From Candidatus Levyibacteriota bacterium (GTDB lineage Bacteria; Patescibacteriota; Microgenomatia; Levybacterales; UBA12049): DNA of 64,000 nt. The notes beneath the pieces were generated by a model. The model did not search any database. It was not told where the DNA came from and saw only the letters and a list, made by a program, of their open reading frames with translations. The position numbers and the translations under genes are program-made. The DNA lies in NCBI GenBank assembly GCA_963790825.1, contig CAWBPM010000003.1, positions 189,681 to 253,680 of the forward strand, read 5' to 3'. Positions 10,081-18,389 of the stretch are shown here, piece by piece. Positions within the stretch are counted from its first letter, which is position 1; every line of letters starts with the position of its first letter.

Positions 10081-11085
10081 ATGAATGAAAAAGAAACCCT
10101 AAAAAACATAATTTTAATCAATGATAATTCTTTAATTGATAGTCATACTCATTGTGGTTTTGGTCATTACAACCTAATACAACAAAGATATCCGACCAGT
10201 CAAAGTGTAATAGACTTAGAATCAAAAACCGAATTGGCTGGCATTGATTTTGTTATTTCGTTCCCTTTTCCTGGAGAATTATATTATTTCGATATATTTG
10301 CAAATTCTGAAAGTGATTTGCCACAACATCCTCCAATTGAAAAATTTCCATATCATTTTGCAAATAGACAATTGTTATATGAGATTTCATTATTTGGCAA
10401 TAACAGAATTATACCATTCGCAAATATATATCCAAATCACGAAGAGGGGCAACAAGCTGATTATCTCGATGAATTAGCAAAACAAGGATTAATTTTTGGT
10501 CTTAAATTGCATACTCTAGCTACTCAGTATTCCGCTGAAGCTCTTGCCAAATCTCCATTTTTGGACGTTTCTCGTGCTCATTCGCTTCCGGTTATAATTC
10601 ATTCAGGTCCAGATGATATTTCTCATCCCATGAATGTTGTTGAATTAGCTGAAACAAATCCAGATATTCGATTTTGCATTGCACATATTGCTCGGTTTGA
10701 AAAACAAGTTTTTGATTACATTAGAAATAATAATTTACAAAATGTATTTATAGATACCGCCCCCTTGCTTTCCTTATGTAAACTTACACAACTTGATATA
10801 AATAATGGAATTGGCGGTGAAAAACTAAATTTACCGTATGATTCTCCTCAGCAAACTTTAGTAGAACTTTGTAAACTTATGCCTGGACATATTGTATGGG
10901 GAACAGACGAACCCTGGACGACTATTACAGACGACAAACAAAAGCAAATACTTATGAAGGCAAGATATGGAGACGAAGTAGCTATACTTAGATCTATTCC
11001 GCCTAAATTAACAAAAGAGATTGCACATGATAATCCAATTAAATTACTCTTCAGTAATTATGTACCATCTGAAATTCAATTATGA
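10081..11085 (+). CDS. Amidohydrolase-2 family (TIM-barrel metal-dependent hydrolase/decarboxylase)
   Basis: N-terminal IDSHTHCGFG (D-x-H-x-H metal ligands), internal HSG and CIAHIA histidines, about 330 aa. Confidence 0.5.
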   Translation: MNEKETLKNIILINDNSLIDSHTHCGFGHYNLIQQRYPTSQSVIDLESKTELAGIDFVISFPFPGELYYFDIFANSESDLPQHPPIEKFPYHFANRQLLYEISLFGNNRIIPFANIYPNHEEGQQADYLDELAKQGLIFGLKLHTLATQYSAEALAKSPFLDVSRAHSLPVIIHSGPDDISHPMNVVELAETNPDIRFCIAHIARFEKQVFDYIRNNNLQNVFIDTAPLLSLCKLTQLDINNGIGGEKLNLPYDSPQQTLVELCKLMPGHIVWGTDEPWTTITDDKQKQILMKARYGDEVAILRSIPPKLTKEIAHDNPIKLLFSNYVPSEIQL

Positions 11086-12548
11086 TATTAACTAAAAAAA
11101 ATAGAAAACAAGCGGAATTATTTTTTAATGACGTAATTAAATTAGGTTTGGATTTCAAATTACAAAATTCGGTTACCCCAAAATACTTAACAGAAAAAAA
11201 TGGGAAAAAATTAATAAAAAAACTTCCAATTAAGGGAAAATCTGAAAAAGAGATTTTAGAAGAATTTAAAAAAGAGATTTTACCCTATTGCACAAATTTT
11301 AGTAGTAATAATTTTATGGGTTTTCCAGATTCAGGCAATTCAGTTGCTGCAATTGGAGCTTCGTTTTTATATAACCTCTTGCAACAAAATCTAATTAATC
11401 AAAGTTTTTGTGGACCTTCTGCAACTTTTATAGAAATTTCCGTAATTAGATGGTTAAGAGAAACTGTAGGTTATAAAAATGGTTCTATATCAGACATTTG
11501 GGATGTAGGTGGAATAATAACTCCTGGTGGAACAGCTAGTAACGCTATTGGGGCACTTCTTGCTAGAGAAAATAGATTTCCCAATGCAATGGAAAATGGA
11601 ATATCAGACCTTGATAGATGCTGGATGATTGTTCCTAAGGGAATTGGTCATTATAGTATAAAAAGTGGTCAAATGTGGGTGGGTTGTGGAAACAAGTTAA
11701 TTGAAGTAGAAACAAATAATTTTAGATACGACCTGAATGATCTTAAAGCCAAGCTGGAGAAGAACCGAGGAAAAATTATGGGTCTTGTGGCATATGCTGG
11801 AGACAGTAGAACGATGACTGTTGACAATTTTCAAGCAATTGCAAAATTAGTTAAATCAATTGATCCAACCATATGGCTACATGCAGACGCTTGTCATGGT
11901 TTCAGTTTAGGTTTTAGTAAAAATCTAAAATATAAACTAAAAGGAATCGAAAAATTTGACAGCATAACCATGGATCCTCACAAAGTATTAGCTACACCAT
12001 ATGCCATTAGTGCTCTATTGGTAAAAGATCCTCATAAACTAAAAACAATTACTAGTTTGTCAGATTTAATTATGCAAGAAAAATTTGCTTTTGGGCAAAT
12101 TACCCCCTTCTTAGGTAGTAGATCCTGGGAATCTCTTAAACTGTGGTTTTTTATGAAAAACTTGGGTAAAGAAGGTTTAGATGATCTTATCCAAAAAAGA
12201 CATGAGTTAGCAATATATTTATCTGACAGATTAAAGATTGATTCAGACTTTATTGTTTTAAATGAAGTTGAGATTAATTCAGTTGTATTTATGTATAAAG
12301 GAAAAATAAAATTAAATGAAATAGATAAATTAAATTTAATAAATAAAAAGATACATGAACTTATAATAAAAGAGGGAAAGTATCATTTACACCAATTTAG
12401 TATTCCAGACTCCGGAAGAATAAAAAGCGGAGAGATAATCTACCCACAAAGATATATGTGTGGAAATCCAAACACAACAAAAAAAGATATACTTGAAATG
12501 GTCGAATATGTAAGAAAATTAGGTAAAAAAAATGAAAAATTACTATGA
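11082..12548 (+). CDS. Group II pyridoxal-dependent decarboxylase (GAD/CSAD/DABA-decarboxylase type)
   Basis: SITMDPHKVLATPYAISALLVKD matches the S-x-x-x-N/DPHK...ALLV[KR]D signature of GAD/CSAD-type decarboxylases. HADACHGF present. Overlaps the upstream gene by 4 nt, which suggests an operon. Confidence 0.7.
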   Translation: MILTKKNRKQAELFFNDVIKLGLDFKLQNSVTPKYLTEKNGKKLIKKLPIKGKSEKEILEEFKKEILPYCTNFSSNNFMGFPDSGNSVAAIGASFLYNLLQQNLINQSFCGPSATFIEISVIRWLRETVGYKNGSISDIWDVGGIITPGGTASNAIGALLARENRFPNAMENGISDLDRCWMIVPKGIGHYSIKSGQMWVGCGNKLIEVETNNFRYDLNDLKAKLEKNRGKIMGLVAYAGDSRTMTVDNFQAIAKLVKSIDPTIWLHADACHGFSLGFSKNLKYKLKGIEKFDSITMDPHKVLATPYAISALLVKDPHKLKTITSLSDLIMQEKFAFGQITPFLGSRSWESLKLWFFMKNLGKEGLDDLIQKRHELAIYLSDRLKIDSDFIVLNEVEINSVVFMYKGKIKLNEIDKLNLINKKIHELIIKEGKYHLHQFSIPDSGRIKSGEIIYPQRYMCGNPNTTKKDILEMVEYVRKLGKKNEKLL

Positions 12549-13207
12549 AAATTTCCCTGAAGAAAATAATTTTTGATTTTGAACCATATTTTAAAGAATA
12601 CTTTAGAAACAGAAAATATTTTGTATGTTTGTATGGTTCACATTTAACCAACAAAGCAAATGTACATTCTGACATAGATATCTTTATTGCACTACCTAAA
12701 TACACAAAGACTGATTTAAAAATTATTAAAAAATTTATTATTAATTATCATATTAAAAACAAATTAGAACTTGACAACGAAGTTCCATACGCAAATAAAT
12801 TACTAATTACCTATTCAGATTTGGATAAAGCTGTAAAGTTAGGTGGATTAAGTATTGAAAACGGGAAGTTAATTGTTCCTCCTATAATAAAAACTAAAAA
12901 ATTTTTGTCTTCCAAAAAAGTTAAATTAAGACTTGCATTTAACGCTTTAACTTCACCGCACAAATTTTTTGGTACAGATTTAGATCAATACTTTAAAATG
13001 AAAGAATTTGCAGAAAGTAATTTATTTTATCTATCCAAAACGTTTACAATCAAAAAAAAATTATCAATTAATAATTTAGTAGAAACTTTAATTAAAGGGG
13101 CGGATGGTGAAACTGGAGAGTTATATTTAGGTTATAAATCACACCCATTAGTATTAAAATATTTAAATAATATTATTAAAATCGAAAATCAAAGATCGGT
13201 TAAATAA
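12545..13207 (+). CDS. Pol-beta superfamily nucleotidyltransferase (small-molecule NTase-like)
   Basis: YGSHLTNKANVHSDIDIFIALP matches the GS-x(n)-hD[IL]D NTase motif. 4-nt overlap with the upstream gene. Confidence 0.55.
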   Translation: MKISLKKIIFDFEPYFKEYFRNRKYFVCLYGSHLTNKANVHSDIDIFIALPKYTKTDLKIIKKFIINYHIKNKLELDNEVPYANKLLITYSDLDKAVKLGGLSIENGKLIVPPIIKTKKFLSSKKVKLRLAFNALTSPHKFFGTDLDQYFKMKEFAESNLFYLSKTFTIKKKLSINNLVETLIKGADGETGELYLGYKSHPLVLKYLNNIIKIENQRSVK

Positions 13208-13351
13208 ATCATGATTCAAAATAAAATCGAGACATAAAATTATTTTAGGAAAATTATATTTACTGATTTAGTTTTATTAATTGAATATTTCTTATAACCC
13301 CTATTCTGGATTTATATAATATTTAATACTATAATATATTAACGAAGCTAA

Positions 13352-15043
13352 ATGAGTATAAATAAAACAGCTAATAAAGAAAAAAGATTTATAGGGGTTG
13401 CCTGGCCTTACGTTAATGGCGACTTACATATAGGACATCTGGCAGGTTATCTACTTCCAGCAGATATTTTTGCGAGATATTCACGATCAGCGGGCTATGA
13501 TGTTTTAATGGTATCGGGATCTGACTGCTTCGGAACACCTATAACCATAGAGGCAGATAAACAAGGTGAGTCACCGAAAAATATTGTTAAAAAATATCAT
13601 TCCAAAGATGTGTATTTATTTAAGAGAATCCTACATCTTTCTTATGATATATATACAAAAACAAATACCCAAAATCACATCAGTGTTGTACAAGATATGT
13701 TTCTTAAACTTTTAGAAAATGGTTTGATTTCTATTAATACTACGAAACAATATTACTCCCCCATTGATAAAAAGTTCTTACCCGATCGATATGTAGAAGG
13801 AGAATGTAAAAATTGTGGATTCTTAGAAGCGCGTAGCGATCAATGTGATAATTGCGGAAAAGTTCTCGATACGGGAGATATTAAGAATCCAATAAGTAAG
13901 TTAACTGGTGCAAATGTTGAATTAAGAGATACTCAACATTATTTTATAAATTGGCCAAAATTAGAAAAGAATATTGAAGAATATGTTAATAAAAATGGAC
14001 AGCAATGGAAGAAATGGGTCTTCGCTGAAACTCTCGGATGGCTAAAGCAGGGCTTAAAACCCAGAGCAATTACTAGGGATTTAGATTGGGGCGTTCCTTT
14101 ACCCATAAAAAGGATGCCAAAAAATTTAATAATAAATAATATTGAAAATAAACGTTTATATGTTTGGTTTGATGCAGTAATAGGATATTTATCCGCTTCT
14201 ATTCTATGGTCAAAAGAAACTGGCAAAAATTGGGAAATATTTTGGAAAGATAATTCTACTCGTCATTATTACTTTATGGGTAAAGACAACCTTATATTTC
14301 ACACTATTTTTTGGCCTGGGCAACTAATGGGTTACGATAAAAATCTTAAATTACCTGACATCGTAAGTATAAACATGTTTTTAAACTTAGATGGTAATCA
14401 ATTTTCAAAAAGTCGTGGCGTAACAATTTCAATTGAAGAAATTGTTAGAAAATTTGGTAACGACTCTGTTAGATTTTACTTAACACTTATCATGCCAGAA
14501 ATCAAAGATTCTAGCTTTAATTGGAATGATTTTTATAAACAAAATGATGATATATTGGTTGGAAATTTAGGTAATTTTATACATCGTGTTTTGTCAATTT
14601 CATTTAATTCTGGGACCAAGCAGCTTGTTAAAACAGAAATCAATTCAAAAATTAAATCAAATATTACAAACGCATTTAATAAATCCCATGAATATTTAAA
14701 CAATTGTGAATTTAAAAAATATTTAAATTCTATATTAGATTTATCAACAGTTGGAAACCAATACCTAAATGATATTAAATTATGGGAAATAAGAAAATCT
14801 AACAAATTAAAGTTTGACCAAGAACTTGTTCAATTATTTTCTATTATTATATCCATTGGGTATTTGATCTCTCCTTTAATGCCGGAAAGTTCTGATAAAA
14901 TTTTCAAAATGATTGGATTAGAAACTAATATGCCTTGGCCCAACCATAATTATGAAATTGATAATATAAGAGATTTATTATCTAAAGTAAAAATTAATAA
15001 GAAACCAATAATATTATTCTCAAAAATAACAACTAAATATTAA
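13352..15043 (+). CDS. metG: Methionyl-tRNA synthetase, paralog 2 (KMSKS motif reads QFSKS), embedded in the AT-rich operon
   Basis: WPYVNGDLHIGH, zinc knuckle CKNCGFLEARSDQCDNCG, LPDRYVEG, YVWFDAVIGYLSAS, QFSKSRG. About 40% identical to paralog 1 by eye. Confidence 0.85.
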   Translation: MSINKTANKEKRFIGVAWPYVNGDLHIGHLAGYLLPADIFARYSRSAGYDVLMVSGSDCFGTPITIEADKQGESPKNIVKKYHSKDVYLFKRILHLSYDIYTKTNTQNHISVVQDMFLKLLENGLISINTTKQYYSPIDKKFLPDRYVEGECKNCGFLEARSDQCDNCGKVLDTGDIKNPISKLTGANVELRDTQHYFINWPKLEKNIEEYVNKNGQQWKKWVFAETLGWLKQGLKPRAITRDLDWGVPLPIKRMPKNLIINNIENKRLYVWFDAVIGYLSASILWSKETGKNWEIFWKDNSTRHYYFMGKDNLIFHTIFWPGQLMGYDKNLKLPDIVSINMFLNLDGNQFSKSRGVTISIEEIVRKFGNDSVRFYLTLIMPEIKDSSFNWNDFYKQNDDILVGNLGNFIHRVLSISFNSGTKQLVKTEINSKIKSNITNAFNKSHEYLNNCEFKKYLNSILDLSTVGNQYLNDIKLWEIRKSNKLKFDQELVQLFSIIISIGYLISPLMPESSDKIFKMIGLETNMPWPNHNYEIDNIRDLLSKVKINKKPIILFSKITTKY

Positions 15044-16037
15044 AGACTTTTACTGCCTCTTCTTCAGAGAGTGGATAAAAACAAAAAACCTTTCTATCGT
15101 TTTTAGAATAATCCAACAAATTTAGAATCTTTCCATTCCCATTAACCAAAACTAATCTTGAGTTATTTGAATCTGCTATGAGATATTTACTACCAGCTAT
15201 CTCAATAGCATCTTGAACCCAATTAAAATTATTTTTAATCTCCTTAATTATTTTGAATTTTTCTGTTAAAACTAACACTCTATTATTTAAAGTATCACTT
15301 ACAATATATCCTAAATTTGAATATCTTATATTGTGTGGACATTTTAATCCGCTTAATTTAGTATTCCATTTTTTTGTATTCTTATCTATCTCTATTACAC
15401 TCCCCTGATGAAATAAAGTTGCTAATATTTTATTATCACCAATTTCTAAGCAACTATTTATGTGTGTTACATGCTCTGGCGTAGCCGTTACTACTTTAGT
15501 ATAGTCACAATTTTTATCTATAACTCTTCTATTTCCTTGTGGATTTAATGCAAAACCATTCTCTGTTGCAAGCCAATCCCAAACAAAATTACTAAAATTA
15601 GAATTATTAAATTCAAGTATACTATCCGTACCTGTTGAAACAACAAATAAGTTGCCATTTTTACTTTTTGATAACCCATGTAAATCATTAAACATTTTGT
15701 TTGTGTATTGTTCTTGGACTATTCCATTCGTTATAAACTTTATAGTTTTGCCGCTTGCACAAAAAAGACCACCACGCTCAGTGTCATATTCTAGACCAGT
15801 TGCCCATGGTAATGGAATTTCGGATATAAAGCCTTTATCTAATCTTGTTGCATCTATTAAGCAAACAGCACCACCTAGTTGCGTATCTTCAGTTTTAATA
15901 GTGGTTGATTTTGATCGACCGAGGAATTTTTTATGCTCTGCATCTCTTTGTTTCCATTGTTGCCTAAGTATTTTAAGACCTTTAGGATCTGTTGCTAAAA
16001 AACTAACAGCAAATAACTCTTTTTTTATCTTTTTCAT
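15033..16037 (-). CDS. NHL-repeat / six-bladed beta-propeller-like protein
   Basis: Repeated hydrophobic-[DN]-x-x-N-x-R-[VL] blocks (IVSDTLNNRVLVL, LIADSNNSRLVLVN). Convergent with metG2, overlapping it by 11 nt. Confidence 0.35.
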   Translation of the reverse strand: MKKIKKELFAVSFLATDPKGLKILRQQWKQRDAEHKKFLGRSKSTTIKTEDTQLGGAVCLIDATRLDKGFISEIPLPWATGLEYDTERGGLFCASGKTIKFITNGIVQEQYTNKMFNDLHGLSKSKNGNLFVVSTGTDSILEFNNSNFSNFVWDWLATENGFALNPQGNRRVIDKNCDYTKVVTATPEHVTHINSCLEIGDNKILATLFHQGSVIEIDKNTKKWNTKLSGLKCPHNIRYSNLGYIVSDTLNNRVLVLTEKFKIIKEIKNNFNWVQDAIEIAGSKYLIADSNNSRLVLVNGNGKILNLLDYSKNDRKVFCFYPLSEEEAVKVFNI

Positions 16038-16121
16038 AGTCTTATTTATATTAAAAATTTAATAATATAGCATATTTATAATTACAATCCTTATTTTGGT
16101 TTACTAATATATAAATATGTA

Positions 16122-16328
16122 TTACCTTTTTATACCCCAAGAAATTTTATTCCAACTCCTCTCATGAAAGTAATAGAATACTAATTTTATAAGTCCATCT
16201 AAACCACCTATGCTTAATGAAATTAAAAGTTTATGTGTAAAAAAGAAAACAATACTTGCAGTTATAAAGGAAGCAATAATTCTCCAGGTGATTGTTTTAA
16301 TTATACTTCTTAGACGATGTTCATTCAT
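16122..16328 (-). CDS. Small two-helix membrane protein (DUF2061-like)
   Basis: 68 aa, with TWRIIASFITASIVFFF and a second hydrophobic helix. Immediately downstream of the sat/cysC fusion. Confidence 0.35.
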   Translation of the reverse strand: MNEHRLRSIIKTITWRIIASFITASIVFFFTHKLLISLSIGGLDGLIKLVFYYFHERSWNKISWGIKR

Positions 16329-16354
16329 ATGTAATATAATTTACAAAATTAAAA

Positions 16355-18013
16355 CTAATTCTTAATATATTTATTTTTTTGTAAAAAATTAATTATTTCA
16401 TTTACACAGGAGGATACACTTCTATTTGCAGTATTTATATTTAATTCTGAATTTTCAGGCACCTCATAATTATCATCTTTGCCTGTAAGCCCTTTAAGCT
16501 TACCAATGCTTTGCATTTTATATAAACCTTTTTCATCTCTTTTAATACATATATTTAAGGGTGTAGATACATATATCTCAACATAGTTTCCGTTTTTTTC
16601 TATCATGAACCTATTTTTTAATCTAGCTTCATTATACGGAGCTATAGCGGCACAAATAGTTATTCCTCCATGTCTTGTTACCTCATTAGCTACAAATCCA
16701 ATACGAGCAATATTTGTATCTCTATCCTCCTTGCTAAACCCTAAGCCTTTAGATAGATTTTGCCTTACGATATCTCCATCAAGTAATGTAATATTTTTTG
16801 TTTGCATTTCAAGCAGTTTAAAATATAACATTCTGGCTAGAGTAGACTTACCTGAAGACGGTAAACCTGTAAAAAAAATGGTTAATCCTTCTTTTTTCTG
16901 ACGATTAATATTATTTTTTATTTCTTTAATTACTTCCGGAAAAGAAAACCAAGACGGAATAGTCTCATTTTCTATAATCATTTTTCTAAATTGAGTACCT
17001 GAAATACTTTTAACAGTTTGATTTTTTTTTACCTCATTAATTGGCAAATAATCATTTATTTCCTCAACATAAACCATCTCATTAAAAAAAATCGGAACTA
17101 TGCCAATTTCATCTTTATATTTTTCAACAAGTTTCTGGGCCTCATAAGGATCGTAATAGGGTTTGCCATTCTTATCGCTTCCAGGACTTGCGTGATCTCT
17201 CCCAACTATAAAATGCGTACATCCATAGTTCTTTCTGATTATTGCATGGAGAATTGCTTCTCGTGGTCCGGCCATTCTCATTGCAAGAGGAAGAAGACTC
17301 AAATATCCAAAATCATTAATATATTTGTTATATAAGTAAATATAACATTTTGTTCTGGTAATATAATCTATGTCACCCTCTTTAGTCTCACCTACAGAAG
17401 GGTGCAATAGTATCTTTGCATGTTGTTCATTGGCCGCTCTTTTTATCATTGCAAAATGAGCCTTATGAAGAGGGTTTCTGGTTTGAAATCCTATTATTCT
17501 TTTCCATCCGAGTTTTTTAAATATTGTTTTTAATTCTTTAGGAGAATGTCTAAACTCAGAAAAATCAGATCTTTCTATATCGTGAATTTTTATTATTTTA
17601 CCTCCAACATAATATTTTCCGGTATTGAAAAATAATTGATTAACCCCAGAGTGATTTTTATCAGTAGTTCCATAAACTTTATTTGCTTCCAATATTTTAT
17701 TTGGTTCATAAATTGATTCGATAATTAAAAAGGCGATTGGTTTTCCAAATTCATCACAAAGTATAATTTTTTGTCCTACTGAGTATTTATTTTTATCATC
17801 AATATCTAAAACAATAGGAATTGGCCAGATACTTCCATTGCTTAAATGCATATTATTAACCACGCTTTCATAATCCATTTTATTTAGAAAACCTTGTAAT
17901 GGAGAAAACCCACCATTCACAATAAGTTCCAGGTCACATATTTGTCTTGTATTCAAAGTCAATCTTAATAGATCTGACTTTGATTTATTCCGAGAAGAGG
18001 AATTATTAATCAT
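16355..18013 (-). CDS. sat/cysC: Bifunctional sulfate adenylyltransferase (ATP sulfurylase) / adenylylsulfate kinase (PAPS synthase)
   Basis: N-terminal PUA-like region plus QTRNPLHKAH and HFIVGRDHAS (ATP-sulfurylase motifs). C-terminal GLPSSGKSTLA P-loop and LLDGDIVRQ (APS-kinase motifs). Confidence 0.85.
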   Translation of the reverse strand: MINNSSSRNKSKSDLLRLTLNTRQICDLELIVNGGFSPLQGFLNKMDYESVVNNMHLSNGSIWPIPIVLDIDDKNKYSVGQKIILCDEFGKPIAFLIIESIYEPNKILEANKVYGTTDKNHSGVNQLFFNTGKYYVGGKIIKIHDIERSDFSEFRHSPKELKTIFKKLGWKRIIGFQTRNPLHKAHFAMIKRAANEQHAKILLHPSVGETKEGDIDYITRTKCYIYLYNKYINDFGYLSLLPLAMRMAGPREAILHAIIRKNYGCTHFIVGRDHASPGSDKNGKPYYDPYEAQKLVEKYKDEIGIVPIFFNEMVYVEEINDYLPINEVKKNQTVKSISGTQFRKMIIENETIPSWFSFPEVIKEIKNNINRQKKEGLTIFFTGLPSSGKSTLARMLYFKLLEMQTKNITLLDGDIVRQNLSKGLGFSKEDRDTNIARIGFVANEVTRHGGITICAAIAPYNEARLKNRFMIEKNGNYVEIYVSTPLNICIKRDEKGLYKMQSIGKLKGLTGKDDNYEVPENSELNINTANRSVSSCVNEIINFLQKNKYIKN

Positions 18014-18325
18014 AATCTAATTAGGAACCAATTATATCAAATTAAGGCACGAAACTATAGCTGTTTATGAATTATGAGGGAATAATAATTTTTATTTAAT
18101 AATCTAAATTTTTCTTAATTCATTTGTGCCGCATATCTTGAGTTATACGACATGAATTTAAAACCATATGGTCACGGATGATTATAAACTTAGACTTATA
18201 GAAAATTTTAGGGTTTTAAAAATATCCGAAATTACAAAAATTTACAAGGCTGGGAAATTTCGTCTATGTGGCACTAAAAATAAACGATTAGATTGTAAAA
18301 TCAAGCTATCAATTAGGATAATGAC

Positions 18326-18389
18326 ATTTTTTGTCCTTAGACTTTGCTCAGGACTGCGCTAAGTTTAATTGGGAAAATGACAGCGCTTG
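18326..18389 (-). repeat. Native secA 3' end plus 3' flank; direct repeat of 5292-5355 (att-like boundary)
   Basis: Covers the secA stop codon at 18365-18367, the last 7 codons and 39 nt downstream. 94% identical to 5292-5355. Contains the inverted repeat CTTAG-N7-CTAAG. Confidence 0.85.

Noticed and set aside
9050-15043. Interpreting the AT-rich operon as a histidine (hisC) or cobalamin (cobD) biosynthesis remnant
   Set aside because: No other his or cob genes are adjacent. The neighbours (GAD/CSAD decarboxylase, amidohydrolase-2, NTase, second MetRS) do not belong to those pathways. Kept only as an alternative in the would_refute field.
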